64,000 bases of DNA from Octopus sinensis (taxonomy: Eukaryota): positions 81,592,001-81,656,000 of the forward strand of contig NC_043001.1 in the NCBI RefSeq assembly GCF_006345805.1. The letters are read 5' to 3'. Under the pieces are notes generated by a model. It did no database searches. It saw only the letters and a program-made list of their open reading frames with translations, and was not told where the DNA came from. The position numbers and the translations under genes are program-made. Of the stretch, positions 62,320-64,000 are shown piece by piece (position 1 is the stretch's first letter; every line of letters begins with the position of its first letter).

Positions 62320-62705
62320 CTTATTTCTTTATTGCCCACAAGGGGCTAAACATAGAGGGGACAAACATGGACAGACAATGGGATTAAGTCGAATAGATCA
62401 ACCCCAGTGCATAACTGTTACTTAATTTATCGACCCCGAAAGGATGAAAGGCAAAGTCGACCTCGGTGGAATTTGAACTCAGAGTGTAACGGCAGACGAA
62501 ATACCTATTTCTTTACTACCCACAAGGGGCTACACACAAAGGGGACAAACAAGGACAGACAAACGGATTAAGTCGATTATATCGACCCCAGTGTGTAACT
62601 GGTACTTAATTTATTGACTCCAGTGTGTAACTGGTACTTAATTTATCGACCCCGAAAGGATGAAAGGCAAAGTCGACCTCGGCAGACGAAATGCTGCTAA
62701 CATTT
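62320..62705 (-). mobile_element. dimeric Meta-core SINE
   Basis: Same internal junction as 34080-34495, in reverse orientation. Confidence 0.88.
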
Positions 62706-63340
62706 TTCTTAACACATTTCTGCTAAAATACACTGCTTTTGTTTCAATTAATTTTTAAAATAATGAAGAATTTAGGAAAAATAACTTTGCTATTATCAAG
62801 CTGGTCTTCTGGAACATAATTTGACAGGAAATTTCGGTAGGTTTTAATTGAGATCATTTAAAATCGTAAAATTTATTTCACTGGGCAGTCATTGAAGAGA
62901 GTCAGCAAAAGAAACAAAAACTATAGAATTTGGGCTTTCCTACTTGGGTGTTAGACCTCCCACCCCAACATCATGCCCTGATCTTGGGGGCATTTAGTGG
63001 AGATTGGTATCCTGCAAATATTCCAGTCATAGTCCTTCACCCCTTCAGTGCATTTCCCAGCCCACAGGCATTGATTAACAGATGTTCATGCTGTGTATAA
63101 ACCTCACCAATCTGTTAGGGTCTATAGGTTTCTTCCCCTAAATACACACACACATGCACGCACGATATAATTGAAGTGAAACAGAACCAAATCAGACAGG
63201 TTAACTCTTTTATCAATCCTTAGACTAATTTAATAATAATATTTAACCACAGGCATGTAACCTGGGTTATCCAAGCTATCTAAAATTATGTGATTGTGTG
63301 CATGTGTGTGTGTTTATATATATATATATATATATATATA

Positions 63341-63720
63341 CTAGCAGTATCGCCCGGCGTTGCTCAGGTTTGTTTCAACCCTTTAGAATTGGAATTTTTG
63401 AAAAGTAAAAATTTTGCATTATGTAGCTTGTTATTCTCTTTAAGTGAACATTTTTCTGGTTGAAATACACCGAAAAATAGTGACACAGCAGTCAAAAAAT
63501 CGTAAAAAGAAAATGGGGATTTTCATAGAAAAAAAGCACCTTTTTGAGGTAAATAATTTTTGGTGTTAACATGGTCTGATTTGAATTTTTTCTTCTACGG
63601 AATGAAGAGCAAGCCTTCTTCTATTATACTCTCAATTTTGGTCAACTTGCGCAGCAGGGTCTTGGAGGAGATAGTGTTAGTTGAAGGCTACCAAACCTGC
63701 CATACACAGACAACTTCAGC

Positions 63721-63730
<10 letters not shown>
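63341..63730 (-). mobile_element. non-autonomous Helitron-like element
   Basis: 3' end CTAGCAGTATCGCCCGGCGTTGCTCAGG (subterminal hairpin plus CTAG|T), shared with 32537; the 5' end merges into (TA)n. Confidence 0.75.
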
Positions 63731-63768
<38 letters not shown>

Positions 63769-63769
<1 letters not shown>

Positions 63770-63944
63770 TTTATTTAAAGCAGCAGAAAATTCAACAAAA
63801 CCTGTTACACTGAGTTTCCCATTGCCGTTCGTCAGAGTAACAGGTTTTGTTGAATTTTCTGCTGCTTTAAATAAAGCATACTACTCTACCACTGGTATTT
63901 GAGTACTCTTTTTCCACCTTGTTTCACATTTATGTGTTTACTCC

Positions 63945-63945
<1 letters not shown>
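63769..63945. mobile_element. Penelope-like terminus with 40-bp perfect inverted repeat enclosing a rearranged hammerhead core
   Basis: Arms 63769-63808 / 63837-63876; loop reads CTGACGA-ACGGCAATGG-GAAACTCAG on minus; downstream matches 16160-16272. Confidence 0.65.
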
Positions 63946-63980
<35 letters not shown>

Positions 63981-64000
63981 CATACACATACATATATTTC

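Overview
Eukaryotic, AT-rich, repeat-saturated window with no prokaryotic features. The SINE, RTE and MITE families and the microsatellite load look like an Octopus-type (coleoid) genome, which is an inference from recalled repeat families. It is mostly intronic sequence of one large minus-strand gene. Two clean phase-0 coding exons are visible (13230-13436 and 5912-6106, tentatively a Caskin-like SAM scaffold), plus a possible short alternative first exon (28300-28329). The rest is tRNA-derived SINEs (including a ~5.7 kb same-orientation chain), RTE LINE fragments, an internally deleted mariner, hAT and piggyBac-like MITEs, two Helitron-like elements, minisatellites and four local tandem duplications. 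The most notable unannotated signal is a set of hammerhead-ribozyme motifs in Penelope-like termini: one with a fully canonical core (16126-16172) and several decayed or fold-back-rearranged copies. Nearly all ORFs in the supplied track are microsatellite or repeat artefacts. Coordinates were read by eye, so repeat boundaries are approximate.
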